DNA of 64,000 nt from Anaerolineales bacterium (GCA_030680795.1 JAUXUL010000036.1:16766-80765), one strand, 5' to 3'; shown: positions 52,606 through 61,448, numbered from the stretch's first letter. Notes: a model not told the origin generated them from the sequence alone. Translations and numbers: made by a program.

Positions 52606-54219
52606 ATGACAAATGTCCGTGCCGCCTCTTTCTTAACCCTTCGACACGCTCAGGGCATCGCCCTTGGCTTGCTCGCCGCACTAGCCACATTTCTCGTCCT
52701 TTATGCGACTCCGCAGGGGCTGAGCCTCTCGGATGATTCGATTGCATACATTGCAGGCGCGCGCAGTATCTTAAGTGGTAATGGTTATCGTGAAGCCTGG
52801 CTTGCATCCAACCAGCCTGGGACACATTTACCACCAGGTTTTTCATCCATGCTTGCGCTGATCGGCTTGAGCGGGTTGGACCCATTACGCGGCACGCGCT
52901 TTATCAACTCACTGCTCTTCGGCGCAAATACGTTCCTGCTCGGCCTGGTCGGCTGGCGCATGACCAGATCGCAAATCGCAGGCGTCCTACTGGCTTTGTT
53001 ATTTGTGTTCAACGCTTCCATGTTTCGAGTCCATACAGCCGCAATGAGCGAACCGCTTTATATCTTTTTCTGCCTTGCTGCGTTCTTAACTTTTTCAAAT
53101 TACTTTGGAATGCAGGAGCTTGCTCCTGCATCAGACAGCAAGCTGTCTGACTCCAGAATATTGCTTATCCTCACGGGCATTCTCACCGCATTCGCTTATC
53201 TCACACGCTATGCAGGACTTGCGCTTCTCGCGACCTTTCTTGCCACGCTCATCCTGCTTCATGATACATGGAAGAAGAGAATAACAAGTGCAGCCATCTT
53301 CCTCGCCGGTTTTATCCCCTTTGCTCTAGCCTGGAGTATCCGCAACAAACTGGTTGCAGATAGCGCCACCAACCGCGCGCTGATCTATCATCCGCTCACT
53401 ACCGAAAATATCGAGACGGGAATTCGCAATTTCTCACTCTTCCTTGTTCCGCTGGAAACATGGCGGCGCGCTCTGATCAAGATCCCAAATCTGTTTGTTA
53501 TTATTCTTGTCATGATCGCATTGGTCCTGCTCGTCTGGATCATGTCCAAAGGACTGAAGAAACTTATCCAGCCATCCACACAAAGACCTGAAATTCTATC
53601 GTTCACGAACGCGTTGTATATCTTCGCCTATCTGGCATCCATTATTTCATCCATGTTATTGTTTGACGCCAGCACAAAGTTCAAACTGCGGATCGTCTCG
53701 CCGATCTACGTTGGACTGCTGATCATGCTGGTTTTATTTGGATATTGGTTATGGCAAAAACGCGCCATCTACTGGTGGGCGCTCACTGCTGTTATTGCAA
53801 TATTCATCCTGACACTTTCAGTTTATGATATGTCCGATGTTGTCAAGCAGCTTCGCAAAGGCGGGCAGGGATACGCCTCCTTCCAGTGGTTTGATTCGCA
53901 AGCTATGCAATTCTTGAGAGAACTTCCCGAAGGCATACGCATCTATAGCAATCAGGTCGCTCCCGTTTATCTTTACACCGGCCGCCCGGGCTATGTCCTG
54001 CCCGACCTCGTCGACCCTGTCACAAGCCTGCCGCGTGGAAATTATGAAGAAGGTGTTGCTGCCGTGCAAAGCGATGTACTATTGGGCAATGCGGTGCTCG
54101 CCTTATTCAAGTTTGGCTCCGAATCGGAAGACGTGCAATCCATTTACATCAATCTCTCCGACGGTTTATATCTCGCGCACGATACCCGCGGAGATAAAAT
54201 CTATACGGCTTATCCATAA
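52606..54219 (+). CDS. ArnT/PMT_2-like GT-C membrane glycosyltransferase
   Basis: 537 aa. LSLSDDSIAYIAGARSILSGNGY first-loop motif. Polytopic. Confidence 0.65.
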   Translation: MTNVRAASFLTLRHAQGIALGLLAALATFLVLYATPQGLSLSDDSIAYIAGARSILSGNGYREAWLASNQPGTHLPPGFSSMLALIGLSGLDPLRGTRFINSLLFGANTFLLGLVGWRMTRSQIAGVLLALLFVFNASMFRVHTAAMSEPLYIFFCLAAFLTFSNYFGMQELAPASDSKLSDSRILLILTGILTAFAYLTRYAGLALLATFLATLILLHDTWKKRITSAAIFLAGFIPFALAWSIRNKLVADSATNRALIYHPLTTENIETGIRNFSLFLVPLETWRRALIKIPNLFVIILVMIALVLLVWIMSKGLKKLIQPSTQRPEILSFTNALYIFAYLASIISSMLLFDASTKFKLRIVSPIYVGLLIMLVLFGYWLWQKRAIYWWALTAVIAIFILTLSVYDMSDVVKQLRKGGQGYASFQWFDSQAMQFLRELPEGIRIYSNQVAPVYLYTGRPGYVLPDLVDPVTSLPRGNYEEGVAAVQSDVLLGNAVLALFKFGSESEDVQSIYINLSDGLYLAHDTRGDKIYTAYP

Positions 54220-54229
54220 AAATCGTACT

Positions 54230-54274
54230 GCGACATTTATGTCGCTTACCATAAAAGACTACATAAATGTCGCG
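54230..54274. repeat. Family E palindrome plus a third arm
   Basis: GCGACATTTATGTCGC 54230-54245. CATAAATGTCGCG 54262-54274. Confidence 0.6.
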
Positions 54275-54294
54275 TTACATATCAAGGAACGAAC

Positions 54295-55122
54295 ATGACC
54301 ATTCTCGATAAATTCAATTTGAAAGACAACGTTGCGGTGGTTACAGGCGGCGGTGGACAATTAGGCTTTGAATTCTGCAAGACCCTGGCCGAAGCAGGCG
54401 CGGCTCTTGTCGCCGCAGACTTGAATATGGAATTTGCAGCGAAGACAGCTGCCCGCCTGACAGACTTAGGCTTCTCTGCCATCGCTTTTCCGCTTGATGT
54501 GACCCGCCTCGAATCAACCCGTGAACTGGTCGCTGAAACCGTCAAGCAATTCGGCCGCCTCGACATTCTCGTCAATTCCGCCGCCCTCGATCCAAAATTT
54601 GACCCCGATGCCGCCTCCAAGGGTATCGCCCCCGGCGCCTTCGAAGACTATCCGCTTGACCAGTGGAACGCGGCCTTGAACGTCAACCTGACAGGCATGT
54701 TCCTTGTTACGCAGGCTTGTGTTAAACAAATGATCGCGCAAGGCAAAAAAGGCAGTATTATCAATATCTGCTCCACGTATGGGCTGAATGGGCCTGACCA
54801 AAGAATTTATATCAAAGATGGGGTGCGAGTGGCGTATAAACCTGTCTATTACACAGTGACCAAAGCCGGCGTGCTGGGTTTTACCAAGTACCTCGCCGCA
54901 TACTATGCCGGGACCGAGATCCGCGTGAATGCACTCACCCCCGGCGGCGTGTTCAACGATCATGAAGATTATTTCGTAAAAAATTATTCCGCCAAAACCA
55001 TTCTCGGACGCATGGCCAAGAAGGACGAAATGAACGGCGCCCTATTATTCCTCGCATCTGAAGCCTCCTCATATATGACAGGCAACAACGTCATCGTGGA
55101 TGGCGGCTGGACATCATGGTAA
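54295..55122 (+). CDS. Short-chain dehydrogenase/reductase (classical SDR)
   Basis: VAVVTGGGGQLG and YTVTKAG (YxxxK). Confidence 0.8.
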   Translation: MTILDKFNLKDNVAVVTGGGGQLGFEFCKTLAEAGAALVAADLNMEFAAKTAARLTDLGFSAIAFPLDVTRLESTRELVAETVKQFGRLDILVNSAALDPKFDPDAASKGIAPGAFEDYPLDQWNAALNVNLTGMFLVTQACVKQMIAQGKKGSIINICSTYGLNGPDQRIYIKDGVRVAYKPVYYTVTKAGVLGFTKYLAAYYAGTEIRVNALTPGGVFNDHEDYFVKNYSAKTILGRMAKKDEMNGALLFLASEASSYMTGNNVIVDGGWTSW

Positions 55123-55131
55123 TTACGGTCA

Positions 55132-55190
55132 GGGCACAGCGGGATGGTCAATCGTCAAAATCCTTGAACTATTCGCTGTGCCCCTACAAT
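55132..55190 (+). promoter_or_regulatory. 10-bp-stem hairpin followed by TACAAT, 8 nt before the start codon
   Basis: GGGCACAGCG (55132-55141) / CGCTGTGCCC (55174-55183). TACAAT 55185-55190. ATG 55199. Confidence 0.45.
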
Positions 55191-55198
55191 AAACAATA

Positions 55199-56419
55199 AT
55201 GACCGAAATCCTCGCTCTCATCCCCGCACGCGGCGGCTCGAAAGGAATTCCGCGCAAGAATATTCGATCCTTTGCAGGTTTTCCTTTGATCGCGTGGAGT
55301 ATTGCCGCGGCTAAACAATCGGATTTGGTCACGCGTGTCATCGTCTCCACAGATGATGAAGAGATCGCCTCAGTTGCCCGCGAGTGGGGGGCTGAGACTC
55401 CCTTCCTGCGTCCCACTGAACTCGCGAAGGATAAAACCACCGACCTGCCAGTCTTTGAACATGCGCTCAAATGGCTTGAAGGCGTGGAAGGCTATCGCCC
55501 GGATATTCTCGTGCAATTGCGCCCCACATCGCCGATCCGCCCGAAAACCATGGTGGATGATTCCATCCGTATCCTGCTGGATCATAAAGATGCAGATTGT
55601 GTGCGTGGCGTTGTGCCTGCCGCGCAAAATCCATTTAAGATGTGGCGGTTTGATGGAGAAAATAAACCGTTGAATCCATTGCTTGAAGTGGATGGAATTC
55701 CCGAACCGTATAATGCTCCGCGCCAAATGTTGCCTCCTGTCTACTGGCAAACAGGTCACATTGATGCGATCAGCATATCAACGATTTTGCAGAAGAAATC
55801 ATTGACGGGCGATGTCATCTATCCATTATTGATTGATCCGAAATATACTGTGGATATTGATACGCTTGTAGATTGGGCCAAGTATGAAGCGCTTGTATAT
55901 GGCGGCTTGAACATGGTCACACCTGGCAGGACTCATCGTTCCATGCCTGAACACATAAAATTGATCATCTGCGATTTCGACGGAGTGGTGACGGACAATC
56001 TCGTGCTGACGGATGAAAATGGGAAAGAGACCGTCTCCGCCTCGCGCAGCGACAGTATGCACATTAATAAATTGCGTGAAATGGGCATTGAGACCATGAT
56101 TCTGTCCTCCGAGCCGAACCCTGTGGTTAAGGCGCGTGCGAAAAAAATGGGGGTGGAGGCAATTCACAATGTGGGCTTGCAGGACAAAGGTCGCGCGATG
56201 CGGGAAATCCTCGAGCAGAAAAATATCAAGGCGGAGAATGTCATCTATATTGGCAATGATTTGAACGATCTTCCATGTTTTGAGATCGCGGGTTGGTCTG
56301 TGGCGGTTGCGGATGCATATCCCGAAGTGATCCGCGCGGCGGATCATGTGTTGACGAAGAGCGGTGGACATGGCGCGGTCCGCGAACTTTGCGAAATAAT
56401 TTTATCGCGCATGAAATAA
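55199..56419 (+). CDS. Fusion: CMP-N-acylneuraminate synthetase (NeuA-type) plus HAD-IIIA (KdsC/YrbI-type) sugar-acid phosphate phosphatase
   Basis: N-terminal IPARGGSKGIPRKN...VQLRPTSPIR. C-terminal LIICDFDGVVTDN...GNDLNDLPCF...GGHGAVRE. Confidence 0.8.
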   Translation: MTEILALIPARGGSKGIPRKNIRSFAGFPLIAWSIAAAKQSDLVTRVIVSTDDEEIASVAREWGAETPFLRPTELAKDKTTDLPVFEHALKWLEGVEGYRPDILVQLRPTSPIRPKTMVDDSIRILLDHKDADCVRGVVPAAQNPFKMWRFDGENKPLNPLLEVDGIPEPYNAPRQMLPPVYWQTGHIDAISISTILQKKSLTGDVIYPLLIDPKYTVDIDTLVDWAKYEALVYGGLNMVTPGRTHRSMPEHIKLIICDFDGVVTDNLVLTDENGKETVSASRSDSMHINKLREMGIETMILSSEPNPVVKARAKKMGVEAIHNVGLQDKGRAMREILEQKNIKAENVIYIGNDLNDLPCFEIAGWSVAVADAYPEVIRAADHVLTKSGGHGAVRELCEIILSRMK

Positions 56420-56437
56420 AATTACGCATTACGTATC

Positions 56438-56455
56438 ACGTATTACGTAATACGT
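56438..56455. repeat. 18-bp perfect palindrome in the neuA-neuB spacer
   Basis: ACGTATTACGTAATACGT. Confidence 0.7.
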
Positions 56456-56473
56456 AAAACTTGAGGAGATACT

Positions 56474-57355
56474 ATGGATCGTGAAATTAAATTTGGTAAT
56501 CGAATGATGGGGGATGGTCATCCTGCCTATATCATCGCGGAAGTGGGCATCAACCATAATGGCGACCTCGACAACGCAAAGAAAATTATTGCTGCCGCCG
56601 CTCACGCGGGCGCGGATGCGGTCAAGTTCCAGAAGCGCACCCCGGAAGTGTCCACGCCGCCTGAGCAACAAAAGCAAATGCGTGAGACGCCCTGGGGTTA
56701 CATCACGTATTTGGATTATCGTCATAAGGTTGAATTCAACGAAGAGCAATATCGTGAGATTGACCGCTATTGCAAGGAAAAGAAAATTGACTGGATGGTC
56801 TCCGTGTGGGACGAGCCTTCGGTTGATTTCATGGAGAAGTTCGATATTCCTGCTTATAAAGTTCCCTCTGCTTCATTAACCGATCATAATCTTTTGAAAT
56901 ATGTTCGCAAGACGGGCAGGCCTGTTATTATTTCAACGGGCATGTCCACTATGGAACAGATCCATAAAGGCGTGAATGCTGTCGGTGAAGATAATCTTGT
57001 CATCATGCACTGCACCAGCACCTATCCATGCGAGCCTGAAGAATTGAATCTCAAGATGATCGAAACACTCCGCAAGGAATTCCCCAATAACCCCATTGGA
57101 TATTCGGGTCACGAAGTTGGGCTTGTGCCTTCTGCGGTTGCCATTGCCCTGGGCGCTACTTCGATTGAACGTCATATCACATTGGATCGCGCCATGTGGG
57201 GCAGTGACCAGGCTGCCTCTGTCGAACCTGGCGGTTTTGAGAGACTTGTGAAGTACATCCGTGTGACAGAGTCCGCGCTCGGTGATGGCATGAAGAAAGT
57301 TTACGAATCCGAAAAGGGTTCGATGAAGAAACTTCGCCGCGTAACTAACGATTAA
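56474..57355 (+). CDS. NeuB-family synthase lacking the C-terminal SAF domain
   Basis: 293 aa. YIIAEVGINHNGDLDNAKKIIAAAAHAGADAVKFQ, GYSGHE, ERHITLD. Ends shortly after the TIM-barrel part. Confidence 0.8.
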   Translation: MDREIKFGNRMMGDGHPAYIIAEVGINHNGDLDNAKKIIAAAAHAGADAVKFQKRTPEVSTPPEQQKQMRETPWGYITYLDYRHKVEFNEEQYREIDRYCKEKKIDWMVSVWDEPSVDFMEKFDIPAYKVPSASLTDHNLLKYVRKTGRPVIISTGMSTMEQIHKGVNAVGEDNLVIMHCTSTYPCEPEELNLKMIETLRKEFPNNPIGYSGHEVGLVPSAVAIALGATSIERHITLDRAMWGSDQAASVEPGGFERLVKYIRVTESALGDGMKKVYESEKGSMKKLRRVTND

Positions 57356-57406
57356 GATTTTACCAATTACTATATCAAGTAAAAGGTAATCGGTAATTGT
57401 ATTTCA

Positions 57407-58261
57407 ATGAGATTGATCCAACAACTTCGTCGTATTCTCCGCCCTGCAGGCAAAACCGCTCAAGCCATTTTGCGATGGAAGCGGTTTTCTTTTAATGATG
57501 CGCCGCCCATCTTTGGCAACTCCAAACCGAAGAGCGGATCGCATTTGCTGTTGCAAATTCTCAATGGCTTTACACAGATCATGCCGTATCGTTACGTAGA
57601 TGCTGATCCGATCCGGACGATAAAGAAAGACGGCGGACGACGGACGACGGACGATGTTCTGATGGATTTGCGTGCTGTGCCAGAAGGGGTAATTGGCTGG
57701 GGATATTTGGAAGCGACCAAAGAGAACGCCTCTTTCTTAACCGAGGCTGGGCGCGTCAACTATTTCATTTATCGTGACCCGAGGGACATGCTCGTCTCAC
57801 AAGTGTTCTTCGCGACCGATATGCACGAAGAGCATGGGATGCACGCCTACTATAATTCCCTGTCTGATTTCGGCGCGAGATTGAATGTTGCCATCTCAGG
57901 CATTGACCAGGACGGCATGAAAATGGTCAGTGTGAAGCAGAGGTATGAAGGCGTCTTCCAGTGGCTGGAACAAAAGAATGTGATGTGCCTGCGCTTTGAG
58001 GATTTGATCAATAACCGTGATGTGACTCTCAACGCCATGCTCGATGAAGTGGAAAAGACAGGCTACAAGATCCCAACTCCGCGCGGGAAAGCATTGTCCA
58101 TTTTGGTGGATGCGATCCAGCCGAAGAAGAGTCACACCTTCCGCTCGGGAAAGACAGGTAGCTGGCGTCAGCATTTCACCGAGGAACACAAGCAGTTATT
58201 CAAGGATATGGCGGGAAATTTGCTGGTGAAGCTGGGGTATGAGAAGGATAATAGTTGGTAA
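57407..58261 (+). CDS. Sulfotransferase (PAPS-dependent)
   Basis: 5'-PSB-like GNSKPKSGSHLL. 3'-PB-like IYRDPRDMLVS. Confidence 0.65.
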   Translation: MRLIQQLRRILRPAGKTAQAILRWKRFSFNDAPPIFGNSKPKSGSHLLLQILNGFTQIMPYRYVDADPIRTIKKDGGRRTTDDVLMDLRAVPEGVIGWGYLEATKENASFLTEAGRVNYFIYRDPRDMLVSQVFFATDMHEEHGMHAYYNSLSDFGARLNVAISGIDQDGMKMVSVKQRYEGVFQWLEQKNVMCLRFEDLINNRDVTLNAMLDEVEKTGYKIPTPRGKALSILVDAIQPKKSHTFRSGKTGSWRQHFTEEHKQLFKDMAGNLLVKLGYEKDNSW

Positions 58262-58321
58262 ATTGGGAAACGGTAGATTGGTGATTATGCCAATATGCTG
58301 CGCCCAGGCTACCAATAACTA

Positions 58322-60025
58322 ATGGCCATGAAAGATTTTTTCACCCAACGCATCAAACGCGGACTTGTCCGCAGGCTCAATAATCTAAAGATCACGGCGA
58401 TGGCGAAGCGTGTGGCTCGTCAGGAGCCGCAACCTTCGGGCGCGCCTGTCCTCTTTTTCAAAGCGTCCACAGGGATTGATGATCTCTCGTGGAACAGCGG
58501 ATTTCATCTGCTGGCATCGTGGGCGTTTCGCTTGCTGGGAATCCCTGTTATTTATTTTGCATGTAACTCTGGCATGAGTCATTGTGTGCTTGGGACGAAT
58601 CGCGATCATGTGCAGAAAAAGCCTCCGTGTAAGTCATGTGTGTATCAATCGAAGACGTTATACACGGGTACAAATCCACATTGGTTTACTTTTGAGCGTG
58701 ATAAAGAACTTGAAAAAACTCTGGAAAATCTTAATGTCGGAGAATTATCCAAATTTCAATGGAAATTAATAAACTATGATGTCATTGCGAGAAGCCGCGA
58801 AGCGGCGACGAAGCAATCTCCTCGTGAGTCGGAGATTGCTTCGTCGCAAAGTGCGCTCCTCGCAATGACATTGCCTTTGGGGGCGTTGTGTCTGCCTGGA
58901 CTGAGATGGGTCCTGAGAGTTCACCATCTGAAAGACGATGAAGCGACGCGTTATCTTTTCAGGGAATATATTTTATCGGCGTGGAATGTCGCGCAAAAAT
59001 TTGAAGCGCTACTCGATCAGACTCAGCCGCGGGCTGTTCTGGTTTTCAATGGACAGTTCTTCCCCGAAGCGACCGCGCGTTACATGGCGTTGAAGCGCGG
59101 CATTCGTGTGATCACGCATGAGGTGGGCTTGCAGCCTGCGACGGCGTACTTTACCGCAGGCGAAGCGACGGCCTACCCGATTGCGATCCCTGAGACGTTC
59201 GAGATGAACGCCGAACAAAATGCAAAACTGGATGCGTATCTTGCGAAGCGCTTTCAAGGGGACTTCACGATGGCGGGCATCAAGTTTTGGGCGGACATGC
59301 AGAGACTCGATGAATCGTTTTTGAAGAAAGCCGCGGGCTTCAAACAGATCGTGCCTGTGTTTACGAATGTGATTTTCGATACCAGCCAACCGCACGCCAA
59401 CACGGTCTTTGAAGATATGTTCGATTGGCTGGATTTGGTGTTGGAGGAAATTCGCTCACACCCTGAAACCTTGTTCGTGATCCGCGCGCACCCCGATGAA
59501 ACCCGAGTACGCAAAGCCAGCCGCGAGACGGTGGCGGGCTGGGTTGAAGCGCGCCGTGTAACGGACTTGCCGAATGTGGTTTTCGTATCGCCACAGGAAA
59601 CGCTCAGTTCGTATGAGTTGATCCTGAAGTCGAAGTTCGTGATGGTTTATAACTCGACCATCGGCTTGGAGGCTGCGATCATGGGCGCTGCGGTGTTGTG
59701 CGCGGGCAAGGCGAGATTTACACAATACCCGACTGTGTTCTTCCCGCAGACAGTGGATGAGGTAAGAGGAAAGATGAAAGAATTTTTAGCGGCTGATGCG
59801 ATTGTTGTTCCGCTTGAATTCAAACGCAATGCGCGCAGGTTCTTGTATTATCAGTTGTTCAGAACATCATTGCCGTTTGGGGAATTTCTTGAGCCATCTG
59901 TCCGCACTACGCAGACGAGATTGAAGTCGTTTGGGTTGGAAGAGGTGGTGAGTTCGGAGTCGGTGAAGGTAATTATGGAGGGAGTGTTGGAGGGTGGAGA
60001 TTTTTTGTTGAAAGCGAATCAGTGA
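58322..60025 (+). CDS. KpsC/KpsS-like capsule-biosynthesis (Capsule_synth-type) GT-B protein, paralog 2, carrying an in-frame repeat insertion
   Basis: 567 aa. FVIRAHPDE and VYNSTIGLEAAIMGAAVLCAG. Colinear by eye with the 28110 protein. Confidence 0.6.
   Translation: MAMKDFFTQRIKRGLVRRLNNLKITAMAKRVARQEPQPSGAPVLFFKASTGIDDLSWNSGFHLLASWAFRLLGIPVIYFACNSGMSHCVLGTNRDHVQKKPPCKSCVYQSKTLYTGTNPHWFTFERDKELEKTLENLNVGELSKFQWKLINYDVIARSREAATKQSPRESEIASSQSALLAMTLPLGALCLPGLRWVLRVHHLKDDEATRYLFREYILSAWNVAQKFEALLDQTQPRAVLVFNGQFFPEATARYMALKRGIRVITHEVGLQPATAYFTAGEATAYPIAIPETFEMNAEQNAKLDAYLAKRFQGDFTMAGIKFWADMQRLDESFLKKAAGFKQIVPVFTNVIFDTSQPHANTVFEDMFDWLDLVLEEIRSHPETLFVIRAHPDETRVRKASRETVAGWVEARRVTDLPNVVFVSPQETLSSYELILKSKFVMVYNSTIGLEAAIMGAAVLCAGKARFTQYPTVFFPQTVDEVRGKMKEFLAADAIVVPLEFKRNARRFLYYQLFRTSLPFGEFLEPSVRTTQTRLKSFGLEEVVSSESVKVIMEGVLEGGDFLLKANQ
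58781..58869. repeat. Palindromic element family A copy inside the CDS, read in frame
   Basis: GTCATTGCGAGAAGC...GACGAAGCAATCTCC...GGAGATTGCTTCGTCGC...CTCGCAATGAC, translated as VIARSREAATKQSPRESEIASSQSALLAMT. Confidence 0.8.
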
Positions 60026-60236
60026 TATTCGGAAAATAAGCCAGACATGTCTCAACTCTCCGAGTCATGTCTGATCTTTGACCTATTCAATATAAATTTT
60101 TATTGAGAGTGTGACTGCGGCAACAAACCGAGTTGTGACATCAATGCAAATGGTCTACCACACTCCTTTATTCAATCATCCAGCCATCTTTCGTGCGTGT
60201 CCCAACCTATTGTAGACATTCAAAACTGACTGGATT

Positions 60237-61343
60237 TCAAAACGAGTGTCCGTTATGGGCGATTTGCCCGCTGATATAAGCCGCATCTGCGCCCACGCCG
60301 CCAAGCAGCGATGAACTTAACGCCGTCTGAAACATGAGGCCAATAAAATACAGTCCAGGCGCGTCCTGAACAATGCCTCGCGAGTGGCGGGGATACCCAT
60401 GTTCATCGAAGATGGGTAGGTTGATCCAGTTGTAGTCCGAGTGGAAACCGGTTGCCCATATCACGCTGTCCACTGGTAAGGCACGTCCATCTTCAAGTTG
60501 TGGTTTGCCGGATTGGATTCCAGAAACGCGCGGTACTAGTTTAACGCCGGCATCTGCAATTTCCTGTCGTGTGGCGCGTCCCAAAGGCGTTCCATGATGA
60601 CCCTCGCCTGCCTTCACTTTCCGCCCGATAGGTGTATTCACAGTTAGGACGTGGTTCATAAACCACCAGATTGGCCGACCACCAAGGAACTTGCCCAGCG
60701 GTCCATTGGCAGGGATACGACCCACGTCCCGCCCCGCCAACCAGACCTGTTTGCCTGTTTTGACAAGATCAAGCGCAATCTCTGCCCCGGAATTTCCTGC
60801 CCCAACTACCAGCACATTCTGGACCCGGATTTGCTGTGGGTTGCAATACGCGCTTGAGTGCAATTGCAGAATTGATGGGTTAAGCTCACCGGCAAAGCCA
60901 GGGATATGGGGCACCTGAAAAGGTCCGGTGGCAATAATCACGTTTCTGGCAGAGTAGCCAGAACCTTTAGTGGATATGTGATACCCTTGGCTATTGCGAC
61001 TGAGACTCTCGACTTTTACACCATGCCGCACTGGTAAGTTGAATTGTTGGACATATGCTTCCAGGTATTCGGCAACTTCGTTTTTTGTTGGAAGATAATC
61101 ACTGGGCTTTGGGAACGGCGCCCCCGGCAAGCCATTAAACTTGCTTGGAGTGAATAATTTCAAACTTTCCCAGCGTTTTCGCCACGAATCACCGGTATGT
61201 GGATTGTCATCGAGGATGACAAATTTCTCGCCCTGACGAGAGAGAAAGTAACCTGCAGCCAATCCTGCCTGCCCGCCGCCAATCACAACTGTGTGAAACG
61301 ATTCGTCTATGTTGGTAGTACCTTTAATATTTTCTGTGGACAT
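60237..61343 (-). CDS. FAD/NAD(P)-dependent flavoprotein monooxygenase-like oxidoreductase
   Basis: ORF to 61394. ATG at 61343 is preceded by GGAG. VVIGGGQAGLAAGYFL and a second VLVVGAGNSGAEIA dinucleotide motif. Confidence 0.7.
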   Translation of the reverse strand: MSTENIKGTTNIDESFHTVVIGGGQAGLAAGYFLSRQGEKFVILDDNPHTGDSWRKRWESLKLFTPSKFNGLPGAPFPKPSDYLPTKNEVAEYLEAYVQQFNLPVRHGVKVESLSRNSQGYHISTKGSGYSARNVIIATGPFQVPHIPGFAGELNPSILQLHSSAYCNPQQIRVQNVLVVGAGNSGAEIALDLVKTGKQVWLAGRDVGRIPANGPLGKFLGGRPIWWFMNHVLTVNTPIGRKVKAGEGHHGTPLGRATRQEIADAGVKLVPRVSGIQSGKPQLEDGRALPVDSVIWATGFHSDYNWINLPIFDEHGYPRHSRGIVQDAPGLYFIGLMFQTALSSSLLGGVGADAAYISGQIAHNGHSF

Positions 61344-61448
61344 TTTTACTCCTTCAATGTAACCAATAAAATGTTTAGGTTTTAAATAAAGCATTACTGT
61401 ATTTAATATATATATGATATAATGGAATTATGAAAGAGTCAAGAGGCA

